Translations under genes and position numbers: made by a program
Part shown: positions 1 to 11,518 of the stretch, in pieces
Layout: each line of letters begins with the position of its first letter
Position numbering within the stretch: the first letter of the stretch is position 1
Source of the DNA: Mobula birostris
Lineage: Eukaryota
DNA: 64,000 bases
Direction of reading: 5' to 3'
Assembly: GCF_030028105.1 (NCBI RefSeq)
Contig: NC_092383.1
Span: forward strand, 90,663,921-90,727,920
The notes under the pieces: model-generated
Database searches by the model: none
What the model was told of the DNA's origin: nothing
Seen by the model: the letters and a program-made list of their open reading frames with translations, nothing else

Positions 1-1109
1 ACAACTCCACATCAATGACCTCAAACCCAGATATTTCAAGTGTCGATCAAGGATGAAGGGTCAGCTTTATTCACCATATATATTTACGTGGACCAGAAGT
101 TTGTTATGGTATGTTGGTCAAGGTGCAACATGCAACAAAAACAATATACAACTTCAAAGTTCAAAGTACATTTATTATCAAAGTATGAATAATACAACCT
201 TGAGTTTCATTTCCTTACAGGCAGCCACAAAACCTGACAAAATCCTTTTAAAAAAGACTAACAACCACCCAATGAGCAGAGAGAGAGAGGAAAAAAACAC
301 AAATTGTGCAAACAATAAAAGTAAGCAACAGCATTCAGAACAAAAGTGACACAAAGCCTAGAGCAGCTGGAGCACGCCCTTAGCCTCAGAATACAGAATT
401 ATATAAAACAACACTGAAGTTAAAGGACTGCCACAAGAAAGCAGCATCTACCATCAACAACCCCCACTATCCACGCCATGCTCTCTTCTCATTGGGAAAG
501 AGGTACCAGAGCCTCAGCTCCCACACCACCGGTTCAGGAACAGTTATTACCTTACAACCTTCAGGCTCCTGAACCAGAGGGGATAACTTCACTCACCACA
601 ACTCTGAACTGGTCACTGAACACGACTATCAAGGACTCTACAACTCATGTTCTCAATATTATGAAGTTATTCATTTATTTATTAATTGATTTTTGTGTTT
701 GCACATTGATTGCTTGTCAGTCTTTTTCACTGATTCTATATACTTAATCGAGATACTGTGCAGAATAGACCTCTCCGGCCCCCGTGCTGCCCCTGATTTA
801 ATCCTAGCCCAAACACCGGACAATTTACAACCACCAATTAACCTACCAACCAGTAAGTCTTTGGACTGTGGGAGGAAACCAGAGCACCCAGAGGAAAACC
901 AAGCATTCCAAAGGGAGCACATACAGACTCTTCACAGATGAGACTGGAATTAAACTACAAACTCCGATACCCTGAGCTGTGATAATGTCCGTGGCACCCA
1001 ATTATTCTATTTCTATTTCTTTGTTTTACTGTGAACACCTGCAAGAAAATTGAACCTCAGGGTAGCATTTGGTAACATATACTACCAAATGTTGGTGATT
1101 GACCGTCGT

Positions 1110-1888
1110 GTCTGACAATGGTGTGAGCAGAATTATCTGCAGCTTAATGTGAAAAAGACTAAGGAGCTGGTGGTAGACCTGAGGAGAGCTAAGGTACCGG
1201 TGGCCCCTGTTTCCATCCAGGGGGTCAGTGTGGACATGGTGGAGGATTACAAATACCTGGGGATACGAATTGACAATAAACAGAACTGGTCAAAGAACAC
1301 TGAGGCTGTCTACAAGAAGGGTCAGAGCCGTCTCTATTTCCTGAGGAGACTGAGGTCCTTTATCATCTGCCAGACGATGCTGAGGATGTTCTATGTGTCT
1401 GTGGTGGCCAGTGCAATCATGTTTGCTGTTGTGTGCTGGGGCAGCAGGCTGAGGGTAGCAGACACCAACAGAATCAACAAACTCATTCGTAAGGCCAGTA
1501 ATGTTGTGGGGATGGAACTGGACTCTCTGATGGTGGTGTCTGAAAAGAGGATGCTGTCCAAGTTGCATGCCATCTTGGACAATGTCTCCCATCCACTACA
1601 TAATGTACTGGTTGGGCACAGGAGTACATTCAGCCAGAGACTCATTCCACCAAGATGCAACACAGAGCGTCATAGGAAGTCATTCCTGCCTGTGGCCATC
1701 AAACTTTACAACTCCTCCCTTGGAGGGTCAGACACCCTGAGCCAATAGGCTGGTCCTGGACTTATTTCCTGGCATAATTTACATATTACTATTTAACTAT
1801 TTATGGTTTTATTTATATTTAATTATTTATGGTGCAACTGTAACGAAAACCAATTTCCCCCGGGATCAATAAAGTATGACTATGACTG
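1110..1888 (+). mobile_element. Rex1/Babar-type non-LTR retrotransposon, 5'-truncated 3' portion (RT C-terminal region plus tail)
   Basis: ORF 1149-1748 reads KTKELVVDLRR...YKYLGIRIDNK..W..NT....KKGQSRLYFLRRLRSF...HPLH...RHRKSFLPVAIKLYN, the typical Rex1-clade C-terminus. It ends in AATAAA plus an (ATGACT)n tail near 1868-1888. Confidence 0.8.
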
Positions 1889-2789
1889 TAAAAGGAAACC
1901 TGTGTGTGACAGTGTACACAGCATTATAAGAAGTGATTTAAAGTGTTTACAGTGCAGAGTAGTGACGGGTTGTAGAAAGAGGGCGACTAACTAAAAGTGG
2001 TGATCAGATTAACTGCCTGGGAGAAGAAACTTTTAAAAAGGCGTGGTACAATCGCTTTATTCATGACTATTTACTTTTGATCAATAACAAAGCCTTATCA
2101 GTTCTTTCAAGTGAAGAAAGTGACCAGAAAACACTAATGGTTGTCAAACTTTTAGCTGAATAGTGGGGAAAAACTACCAAAGTTAAAGGACGTTTCAAGT
2201 TTGCCAAAGTTGGTTTTCAAGAAAATGAAATATTTCATTCCGCATCAAAATCGTGCAGCAAAGGAGACTGTCAGAATACACAAAACTTCAACCCCAGCCA
2301 CAAACACACACAGAGGGCCCACATTTCTCTTAACACAGGCTAGAAAAATATTAAGAACAATTTCTTATACACTGTCACGTTGATTTTGACGCTGAACAAG
2401 TGGAGTTAGATTTGCAAACAAATTTCAGAATAGAAGGACATGCTGGCTTCAAGGAAACAAAAGGGAGAACAGAAGACAAATGTGGAACCCTCGTGTGGGA
2501 ATCAGATGGGCCGTACCTCAGCATTCACCACTCTTCGCCTTACAAAACACAAGCACAGATACATTGAAAATGCACACATCAGAGGCATAATCAAGAGAAC
2601 TAAGATCATTATCTTCAAAAGAATATTTCGGTGCATTGTTTTAACGAATAGGAGACATGGGCATCAACACTTTAAACAGCAAATGAACCATCTCAGGAAA
2701 AAAAACCCTAAATTCCCTCTGAAGTTATAATTGAGTTGATGTCTATGACTGCAGAGTAGCCCATATTTACATCAGGAATGCAGCCTAAC

Positions 2790-3250
2790 CTGCTGTGAAT
2801 CCAGCTTTTTCTGCTATTTATTTTACTTCGGAGATGATGTCCTGCTGTAGTTGTTCAGGATTCCAGCATAAATCCTTGCTTAAGCCAACCTCGGAGCGAT
2901 CCCACTGAAGCTCGATTCTCCACCCTGAGTGGACAGGCAGCTGCATACACGTCTTCCCGATGCAAATCACCGCTTCCCTGATTTTCTTTCCATCCATGCA
3001 CGCATCTGAGTGCTGCTGCCATTTTCAGTGAACGTTACTGCTCCTGCTTTATTGCTGCGTCGATCAGTTTATTCTCTGCACCACAGGTTCATTTAGAAAA
3101 GCGGCTGCTGGCTGTGGGATGAACTGGGCCACACATAGAAAGAAATGCGCCAGTATTGAAGGCTGCTGTTATTTTGAAAAGAAAAGCCCATCGCTAGAAG
3201 AGCGAGTGGTCAACTTCAGCAACCATCAGCAATGGTTAAAAGAAAGAGGC
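2790..3250 (-). other. candidate non-coding 5' UTR exon of the left-hand minus-strand gene (probably usp49)
   Basis: Non-repetitive block bounded on the minus strand by a pyrimidine tract plus TAG acceptor (AG at 3252-3251) and a CAG|GTTAG donor at 2789. Contains only short ORFs. The donor choice is uncertain. Confidence 0.4.
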
Positions 3251-3954
3251 CTAGGGGGAAATCAATAGCATAAAAGGCCGGGGGGGGGGGGAGGTATGGA
3301 GGGGAGAGAAGCTGACAGACAGAATAAATATTAATTTCAGATGGGACTCTTTCTTTAGTTTACATCTCAAAAGAAAACATTCCATTTTTTTAAAAATTCA
3401 GTTGTCAAAGAACAGTGTGATTAGCTTTTTGTTTTAAAGGAGAAACAAATGTTCAGTAGGTTTATCTGCAGGAATTTTCCTTAAAAAGAAAGCACTCCCC
3501 CCCCCCCCATCTCCACAAGTTATTCCCTTCATCTTTCAACCACTTTGTCCTGTTTCTTTACTAAAGCAGGAAACAGCAGGGGTGGAAGGAGGGGCGTGAG
3601 CAGTCAAAGCTAATCGAGTGAGGTCTTGCAGTTTAGTCATGTCTCAGAACAACAGCAGAGGCTGACTCTGTTGGAAGGGCAAGCAGGGTGCGTTTATAGT
3701 TTCAGTTCGCTTTCTTTTCACAAAAGGAAAAATACTTTGTGCCAGCCCACCATCCCTTCAAACCTGCTTGGAGAAGTCATATCAAATCGAAGTAAATTCA
3801 TTAACAAAGTATGCACACAATCCTGAGATTCATTTTCTTGCGGGCATTCATAGTAGATACAAAGAAGCACTATAGAATCAATGAAAAAGAGATAGACAAA
3901 TAACCAATGTGTAAAAGACAACAAATTGTGCAAACACAAACTAAACAATAAATA

Positions 3955-4325
3955 ATCCAGTATCCAGGACACCTTCAAGGAGCAGTGCCTCAAAAAGGCT
4001 GCGTCCATCATAAAGGACCCCCACCACCCAGAACGTGCCCTCTTCTCATTGCTACCATCAGGAAAGAGTTGCAGGAGCCTGAAGGCACGCACTCAGTGAT
4101 TCAGGAACAGCTCCTTCCCTTCCGCCATCAGATTTCCGAATGGACATTGAACCCGTGAACACTACCTCAGAACTTTTTTATTTCTGCTTTTGCATGACTT
4201 ATTTAATAATTTAACATATACACACACACACTTCTTACTGTAATTTACAGTTTGTTGCAATGTACTGCTGCCACATAACAACAAATTTCACAACATATGC
4301 CAGTGATATTAAACCTGATTCTGAA
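3955..4325 (+). mobile_element. Rex1/Babar 3'-end fragment
   Basis: Encodes the degenerate IQDTFKEQCLKKAASIIKDPHHPERALFSLLPSGK...RNSSFPSAIRF motif and the family tail ending taaacctgattctga. Many related fragments occur across the window (e.g. 17375-17845, 41420-41790, 61190-61660). Confidence 0.75.
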
Positions 4326-4509
4326 ATACTGTTGAGAACATGAGTAGTAGTGCCCTTGAAAACGGAATCAGTTCGGTGTTGAAGTGAGTGAGTTTCCTAT
4401 TTGTAATCAGTGACAATCCCCCTAGTAAAAAACACCTTACAATTCTATTACAGAGTGTACCAACCAAGAAAGTAAACACTCTACTCATGCCAGAGAGAAG
4501 AAACGGGAA

Positions 4510-4795
4510 AGATTCCTTCTTCTCCATCCCTTTACCTATCACTTCCCAGCTTCTTACTTCACCCCCCTCCCCCACCCACCCAGCTTCACCTATCACCTAC
4601 TAGCTTGTACTCCTTCCCCTACCCCAGCTTCCTATTCTGGCATCTTCCTTCTTCCTTTCCAGTCCTGATGAAGGGTCCTGGCCCGAATCATCGACTGTTT
4701 ATTCATTTCCATAGATGCTGCCCGGCCTGCTGACTTCCTCCAGCATTTTGTGTGTGGTGCTCTGGATTTCCAGCATCTGCAGAATCTCCTGTGTT
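4510..4795 (+). mobile_element. Penelope-like element terminal repeat with degenerate hammerhead motif
   Basis: C/T-rich leader, then CAGTC-CTGATGA-AGGGTCCTGGCCC-GAAT-CATC-GACTG (4660-4697, GAAA mutated), then the recurring gatgctgcc...ctgctgacttcctccagcattttgtgtgt segment. Confidence 0.65.
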
Positions 4796-5529
4796 TACAT
4801 TAATTAAGTTGTTGCTGACTGCTTAAACCACCTGCAGAAAAAAAAGTCGTAACAAAGACTTCCCTTTCATTTTCAAAATTCTTCCCCTTCAGTGATATTA
4901 AATCTGATACTGATCCAGAGGCTTAACCAAGTTTACCAAATAAATCCTATTGACTTTAGAGAGTTCAATTCCCCTGGAAGTCAGAGGCAATCTTTAGCCC
5001 CTCGTCACCCAAATGGAGAACCGTTAGCTCAATCCTTACACAGATTAGCAATTCAACACGGAATGGGTTGAACTGATGTACTATCTTCCTGCTCAAATGG
5101 ATATACGTCTCCTAGTGTGGTTAAGATTGACCATCTAATTCATATCTCAACATTAAAGGGCTGAGAGGAAAATTGGATCAGCCATGATGAAATGGCAGAG
5201 CAGACTCGATGGGCCAAATGGCCTAATTCTGCTCCTATATCTTACAGTCTTAAATAAGCACCTTTAATGCTGAAGCCACAGTGTGAAAATGACTAAGGAG
5301 ACACAAGAGACTGTAGATGCTGAAACCTGGAACAACAAAGAGCTAGAGGTACTTGCTGAATACCTCCAGTGCTCTATGATAGAAAATGACTCCCACCCCA
5401 CTCCCATCAAGCAGCAGCATTTTTGGACATCATTCTGGTTTATGAAGGCCCCACAAAAAGGCAGGATCTTCATTTTCTCTTGAAATAGTTCTTCAAACAC
5501 GTCATATTTCATTCTATATCTCTCTCATC

Positions 5530-5750
5530 ACACAAAATGCTGGAGGAACTCAGCAGGTCAGGCAGCATAAACGGAGGGGAATAAACAGCAGACATTTCGG
5601 GCCAAGACTTTCATCCGCTCCTGAGGAAGGGTCTCAGCCCAAAACGCGGACTGTTTATCCCTCTCCATAGATGCTGCCTGACTGGCTGAGTTCCACCATC
5701 ATTCTGTGTGTGTTGCTCTGGACCTCCAGCATCCAGAGAATCTCTAGTGT
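5530..5750. repeat. inverted pair of Penelope-like termini (palindromic element)
   Basis: 5530-5614 (cacaaaatgctggaggaactcagcaggtcaggcagcat...) is the approximate reverse complement of 5620-5715 (...gatgctgcctgactggctgagttccaccatcattctgtgtgtg). Confidence 0.7.
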
Positions 5751-8542
5751 TTTTTCTCCTCCTGCAGATGTTAGAATCTGGAGACAAAAACCAGCTTCCG
5801 GAGGAACTCAGTGGATCAGACAGCATCTGAGGAGGAAAATGTACAGTCGGCGACCCTTAAGTAGCATCCTATGCCCTTATAGTGGAGGATTATTGAACAA
5901 ACTCTGATTGTTTTCTCTGGAACGGTGGAGACTGAGGGGAGACCCAAAAAAATTTTATAAAATATGAAAGCCACCAATATAGACTATCAGTCAAAACTGC
6001 TAAAACTATAGAGTATGCAGTGCCCTACGCTCTATAGTTTGTTCAAAATTCAGCACCTCTTATTATTCTCTGCTATTTTCAACAGATTCAATATCTCCTA
6101 GTATTCCAACATTACCTTCCTGATCTCCTACTCCAATGTGTCCATCTCTGTCCATCTGCATCCTCTGTTACCCTTCTCTAAATGCCCATTCAATCTCCTC
6201 CAGTTTTTATTCCACAGTGTAGTTCTTGATGCCCTCCAGTGAACTGTCATTTTAATATTGCAGAGTTTTTCTCCGAAGAGTGGTGCAATTTATTGGTAAT
6301 TCTAAGCCATCAAAACACTCCAGCTATTCACTCACTGCCGCACTAGAATTCGCCAGAGGCTGCAGAGTTCTAACATCAAAACAAAAAGCATAACATGCTG
6401 CAGAAAAGCCGGCCAGCACTCCTAACATGTCACAGAGATGTATTCGAGAACCAACATCTTGATGCAATTTCAAGATCAGAAAACGAGAGGCACCATCATT
6501 CAAACTAGAAACTTGAGATACACCACAACAATCCAAGGACTAACAAGGAATGAAATCATACAAAGGGCCTCAGATTCAAACCCTCTACCCTCAATCCCAT
6601 CAATGCTCAATAACCTGGTGTACACTGGGTGTTACCTATGGCCCTGACACACCTGTCAAATAAAGCTAATCTTTAATAATCACTAAATTTTTAGAAAAAA
6701 GTGAACTCAAGGAAGCAGAGTGAAGGAAGTGACATGAAAAGGAAGGCCATCAGTACCCAGTCAAACTCAATCCCACCTAACACCTACATGTAAGTAGTTG
6801 GAGTCGTTGCTCCAAAGGAGAAAGGAGCGACCAGCAGCCTTATCACTGCAATGGTCACTAAATTCTCCGAACCCACCACCTTGGGATTTTCCTAGGTCGC
6901 TGTGAACAACGGGGATGGCAAGGCAGCCTAGTGGCCAGCACAATACTTTACAGTACCAGTGACTCAGATTCAATTCCCACCACTGCCTGACAGTTCTCCC
7001 AGTGACCACGTGGGTCTCCTCCCAGTCCAAAGACGCACCCATTAATAGGTTAATTGGTTGTTGTAAATTGTCCCGTGATTAGGGTTGAATTAAATCGCGG
7101 GATTGCTGGTTACTGTGGCTCGAAGGGCCAGAAGGGCCTGTTTCATGTTGTATCTCCATAAATAAATAAATTACTCAGGGCTAATTAAAATATTGCATGC
7201 ATTTAACAGAAAGGAAGATGTGCTAGCGATGGAGTCAAAGTAAATTTATTATCAGAGCACATATATGTCACGATATACTACCCTGAGATTCACGTTCTTC
7301 AGGCATACTAAGTCCAGTAATAGAATAATAATCATAACAGAATCAATGAAATTCGGTATAAAGTCCTTCAGAAGCTCTGGGGGTGCCTTTTCTATGAGCA
7401 ATGTGACAGCATTTTCATACGCAGCAAGGTCCTACACACAGTGGCACAGTGGTCCGAGAATTGTTTCTCAGTGATGCCGAGTGAGAATTAGGAACTGTGA
7501 GGAATTTGAGAATTCCTGCCACAATCTGTAAGGACAGTTCGTGCACTGTCTCTGTGACCATGTTCATTTTCTCTGGGTGCTGCAGTTTCTTCCTACGTTC
7601 TAAATACGTAAGGGTTAGGATTAATAAATTGTGGGCATGCTACGTTGGTACTGGAAGCATGGCGACCCTTGCGGGCCGTTTCCAGCACTTCCTCAGACTG
7701 TATTCGTCATTGACAAAAAACGTCACATTTCACTGGACATGACAAATTAATCTAATCTTTAATCTTTAGAATAATTCCCGATCATTTGCAAAAGAGATTC
7801 ATCGGTTCTTTTGTCTATATTCAAGACAGTAGGTAAGCTTAACACCCCATCTGATAAGGTAGCATGTTCCAGGAACCGTGTGGGGGAAAGAAAACTTGCC
7901 TCAAATCTTCTTTAAACTCTCCCCTCTCACCTTAAACTTATGCCTTCTAGTATTTGGCGTCTCCACCCTGGGCAAAAGATGATCTACCTTATCCGAGTCT
8001 CCCATAGCTTTATACACTTCTACCAGTTCCCCCTTCAGCCACAGACACTGCAGAGAAAACAACTTCATCCAATATCAGCTTATAGCTATTACTCTCCAAT
8101 CTGAGCAGTAATCTGGTGAAAAGATTACAGATTCTCCTTATTTGCCATCAAAACATACAGTGAAATGCATCACTTGTGCCAATGACCAACACAGTCTGAG
8201 GATGTCTGGTGCCAACATGGTATGCCCACGACTCACTAACACTGACCCATACATCTTTGGAATAAGGGAGGAAACCAGAGCACCCAGAGGGAACCTACAT
8301 GGTCACGGGAAGAACGTACAAGCTCCTTACAGACAGTGGCGGGAATTGAACCCTAATCAGTTAGTGTTACGCTAACTGCTTGGCTACTGTGCCACCGTCA
8401 AATTCTAATACACTGAAGTCCCAAGCTGAAGTCTCTAAAGATGGATTTCAAACTGTTAACCTTCTGAGTGGAAGCCAGAGCTGAGCCACAACTCCGATTC
8501 TACTCTGTTAACGTAGAATCCCAGTGAAAACTGACTGCCATG

Positions 8543-9096
8543 TACTCGGTGGCCACTTTACTAAGTATCACCTGTACCTAATAAAGTGGCCACTGAGTGT
8601 ATGTCCATGGTCTTCTGCTGCTGTAGCCCAACCACTTCCAGGTTCGACATGTTGTGCATTCAGAGATGCTCTTTTGCACACCACAGTCGTAACGCATGGC
8701 TATTTAAATTACTGTCACCCTCCTGTCAGCTTGAAACAGTCTGGCAACTTTCCTCTGACCAATCTCATTAACAAGGTGCTTTCGCCCACAGAAATGCCAG
8801 TCACTTGATTTTTTTTTCCCCTTGCGCAATTCTCTGTAGCGTCTATAGCGCCTGCTGTACATGAAAATCCCAGGAAATCAACAGTTTCTGAGATTCTCAA
8901 ACCACCCCATCTGGCACCAATAACCATTCCACAGTCAGTCACTGAGCTCACATTTCGTCCCCATTCTGATGATTGGACTGAACAACAAATGAACCTCTTG
9001 ATCATGTCTGCATGCTTTAATGCATGGGATTGCTGCATGATCGGCTGATTAGATATGTGTATTAACAAGCAGGTTTACCTAATAAGGTGGCTACTG
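8543..9096 (-). mobile_element. non-autonomous Tc1-like DNA transposon
   Basis: TIR-type sequence TACTC(G/A)GTGGCCACTTTA...TAAAGTGGCCACTGAGTGTA (8543-8601) and a degenerate copy at about 9075-9096. The minus strand encodes DCGMVIGARWGGLRISETVDFLGFS, resembling the Tc1 transposase N-terminal HTH. Confidence 0.75.
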
Positions 9097-9361
9097 CTGG
9101 AGTACAAGGTGATGTTCTCACATATTAAATGGCAAAAACAAAAAAAAAGGAATTCATCTGCAACTGAATAGAATTTTAAAAAGCCAGTTGTGTGGGTGTC
9201 AGTTATCAAAGTTGGTGCTGCTTTAAGAAGAGCAACTGAAAGAAATGTGCAGGTGATGTTTTTTGTATTGTCTGCAAGGACTATAACAAATAAAAGAAAC
9301 TATGTTATGTAATTGCATTGTGAGGAAAGAATTTTGAAATGAAAGGGACTATTTAGCAATA

Positions 9362-10174
9362 CAGTGAATCCGGTTAATTGGGTCACCGGTTAATCAGGGC
9401 GGCCACATATGGGACAACTCTTAAAAAACAAAAACTAATTGAGAATATAGCCAGGACTCCCTTCATTTGTTTGGGATATAATGTTGTTTATTTGGGGTAG
9501 GAGATTGCTGTCAGTTTCTAACTAGTGTCAGTTGAGTCCACATCTGCACGTTAGACACTACACTGTGCTTCGAGCAGTTTTTAAGTAGTGTCAGCTGCAT
9601 GTGCTTGTATTCAAAAAGAAGTGATTTTTGTCACTGGTAGTTGTCCAGAGATAAGCAGTAAGACAATTCAGGACTATTTTGCTGACTGCGGTTTCCAGCA
9701 TTCAGATTTGGAGATACCAGAAATGGCCAGGAGTGAAAATTAAACAATTTCACTACTTCAAAGAGTTAGAAACTACAAAGAATTTGAAGCTATTGACAGT
9801 CATCTTGAAAGTTACAATGAAAATGCAGAGGATGCAATTGCCAATAGCATTGTATGAAGGCAGTCCATTACCTGTATTAGGTATTGTCTCTGATTTTATT
9901 CATTTCCAGTCAATCAAAAGAACACAGCTGCATACACTGGATGAGTTGCTCTATCGATAACTATACACAGTTTTATAGTACTGTAGTAATATTGATAGTA
10001 TTCTAATTTGTTCTGTATTTAAATTAAATACATAATCTATTGCTCGGTTAAACAGTAGTTTATCTTTTTATACCTTTTTAACTATTTCCACGAAACTCTG
10101 GCTGATTGAGGAAACTGCCTAATTGGACCAAAATGTCCTGCTCCCGATGTGTCCCAATTAACTGAAATTCACTG
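9362..10174 (+). mobile_element. Tigger/pogo-family DNA transposon, internally deleted (copy 1)
   Basis: TA|CAGTGAATCCGGTTAATTGGG left end and CCCAATTAACTGAAATTCACTG right end. Internal remnant translates ISSKTIQDYFADCGF, like the TIGD/pogo 'TIxNCFxxxGF' motif. Confidence 0.75.
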
Positions 10175-10319
10175 TGTATCACAGGCTTATTAGAATAATT
10201 TTGTATCTTTGTGCATTTAGACAGTGACAAGCTTGTTCATTTGTATAATGTGACAAAAGCACTCAGTGTGCTTCAGAATTCATGAAAGGAGGAATAAGGG
10301 TCCAGGTCCTCCCCACCTT

Positions 10320-10880
10320 CATTAAGTCAGGGCATTAGGTAGAAAAACCTGGAGAGGTACTGTGCTCAGTTTTGGTCTCTCTGCTAATAGGAAAGGCGTT
10401 ACTAACTGAAGAAAAGAATTGCAAGGATGTTGCCGGGACAAGAGGGACTGAGTTACCGAGAGCAGTTAGACAGGTGAGGACTTTACTGCTTACCGCGTAG
10501 GAGACTGAGAGATGATTTTATAGAGGTGTATAACATTATGAGCGGCGTAGACAAGGTGAATATATAATATTTTCCTCAAGATGGGATATCAACAATTAGA
10601 TGGCACAGGTTTAAAGAAGAGGGGAAAGATTAAATAGGAACTTGAGGGGTAACTTTTGTTAAATACAAAGGGTGGTATCTATGTGGAATCAACTGCCAGA
10701 GGAAGTGGTTGAGTTGGGTACAATACCAACTTCTAAAAGACTGAGGCAGGTACACAAAAAGGAAAAGTTTAGAAGGTTATGGGCCAAACATGGGCAAATG
10801 GGACAAGTTTGGATGGGACACCTTGGTCCACATAGATCTGCTGAACCAACAGGCCTGTTTGGGTGGCTGTATAACTCTGA
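10320..10880 (+). mobile_element. CR1/HER1-type LINE 3' fragment
   Basis: Degenerate RRLRDDFIEVYNIMSG...WNQLPEEVVE CR1 C-terminus and the family 3' tail. Similar fragments lie at about 7855-8120, 12240-12745, 23050-23550, 30965-31305 and 35966-36550. Confidence 0.7.
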
Positions 10881-11079
10881 CTTCCGAACAGCCCACACAT
10901 ATACCAGTGGGATGAATCTACCATGTAGGAACTTTGACTGGCTTGATTTCTGACAAGAACGGTTCAGGTTACGGGCAGTTAACTGGAACAGAACCCAGGA
11001 AAATCCTAGAGTGAACCTGTATTGTCAAAGAAGCATGCAAAAGACCTGAGCCTGAGGCCTTGTCAGCTGAAGATTCTGT

Positions 11080-11518
11080 ATCTTTTAGAATTGATCTTAA
11101 AGTTTCTTGCTTGTTTTTAAAGCATTGAATGTTCAGAAACTGAAGTACATCACAGAATTGCTTTTGTTTCACAATCCTGCTCAAGTTCTCGGGAATTCTT
11201 CAGTCAATTTAAACTATCTCCCTAAAAGATACTTGTCAGGGCAGCTTTTTTTGAACTACACTCCTAAACTGTGGAATTTCAATATCTAAAACTAGAAGGG
11301 TTGCAGACTCAGTTGACACTTTTAAACACCAGCTTAAAACCTACTTATTTAACCTTGCTTTTTGCCTTTATTTTCAAGTTAATTATATTTTGTCTTTTAT
11401 TTTCATGTTATTTATATCTTGTCTTTTATTTTCATGTTTGCACTTTAGCCCATTGTAAAGCAATTTGAATGACAATGTCTGTAGGAAAAGTGATCTATCA
11501 ATAAGTTATTATTATTAA
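11080..11518 (+). mobile_element. L2-clade LINE 3' fragment
   Basis: Degenerate RIDLKV.LLVFKALN...YITELL...PKLWN...FK..LKTYLF.LAF, ending in aataagttattattatt. A second fragment lies at about 48790-49003. Confidence 0.65.

Noticed and set aside
1149-1748. 199-aa ORF as a host gene
   Set aside because: It is the C-terminal part of a 5'-truncated Rex1/Babar retrotransposon ORF with its own tail.
4660-4697. Active hammerhead at this copy (likewise 5620, 47990 and 58118)
   Set aside because: Core boxes are mutated (GAAT, AAAA, missing CTGANGA, ATGATGA). Kept only as evidence of the family.
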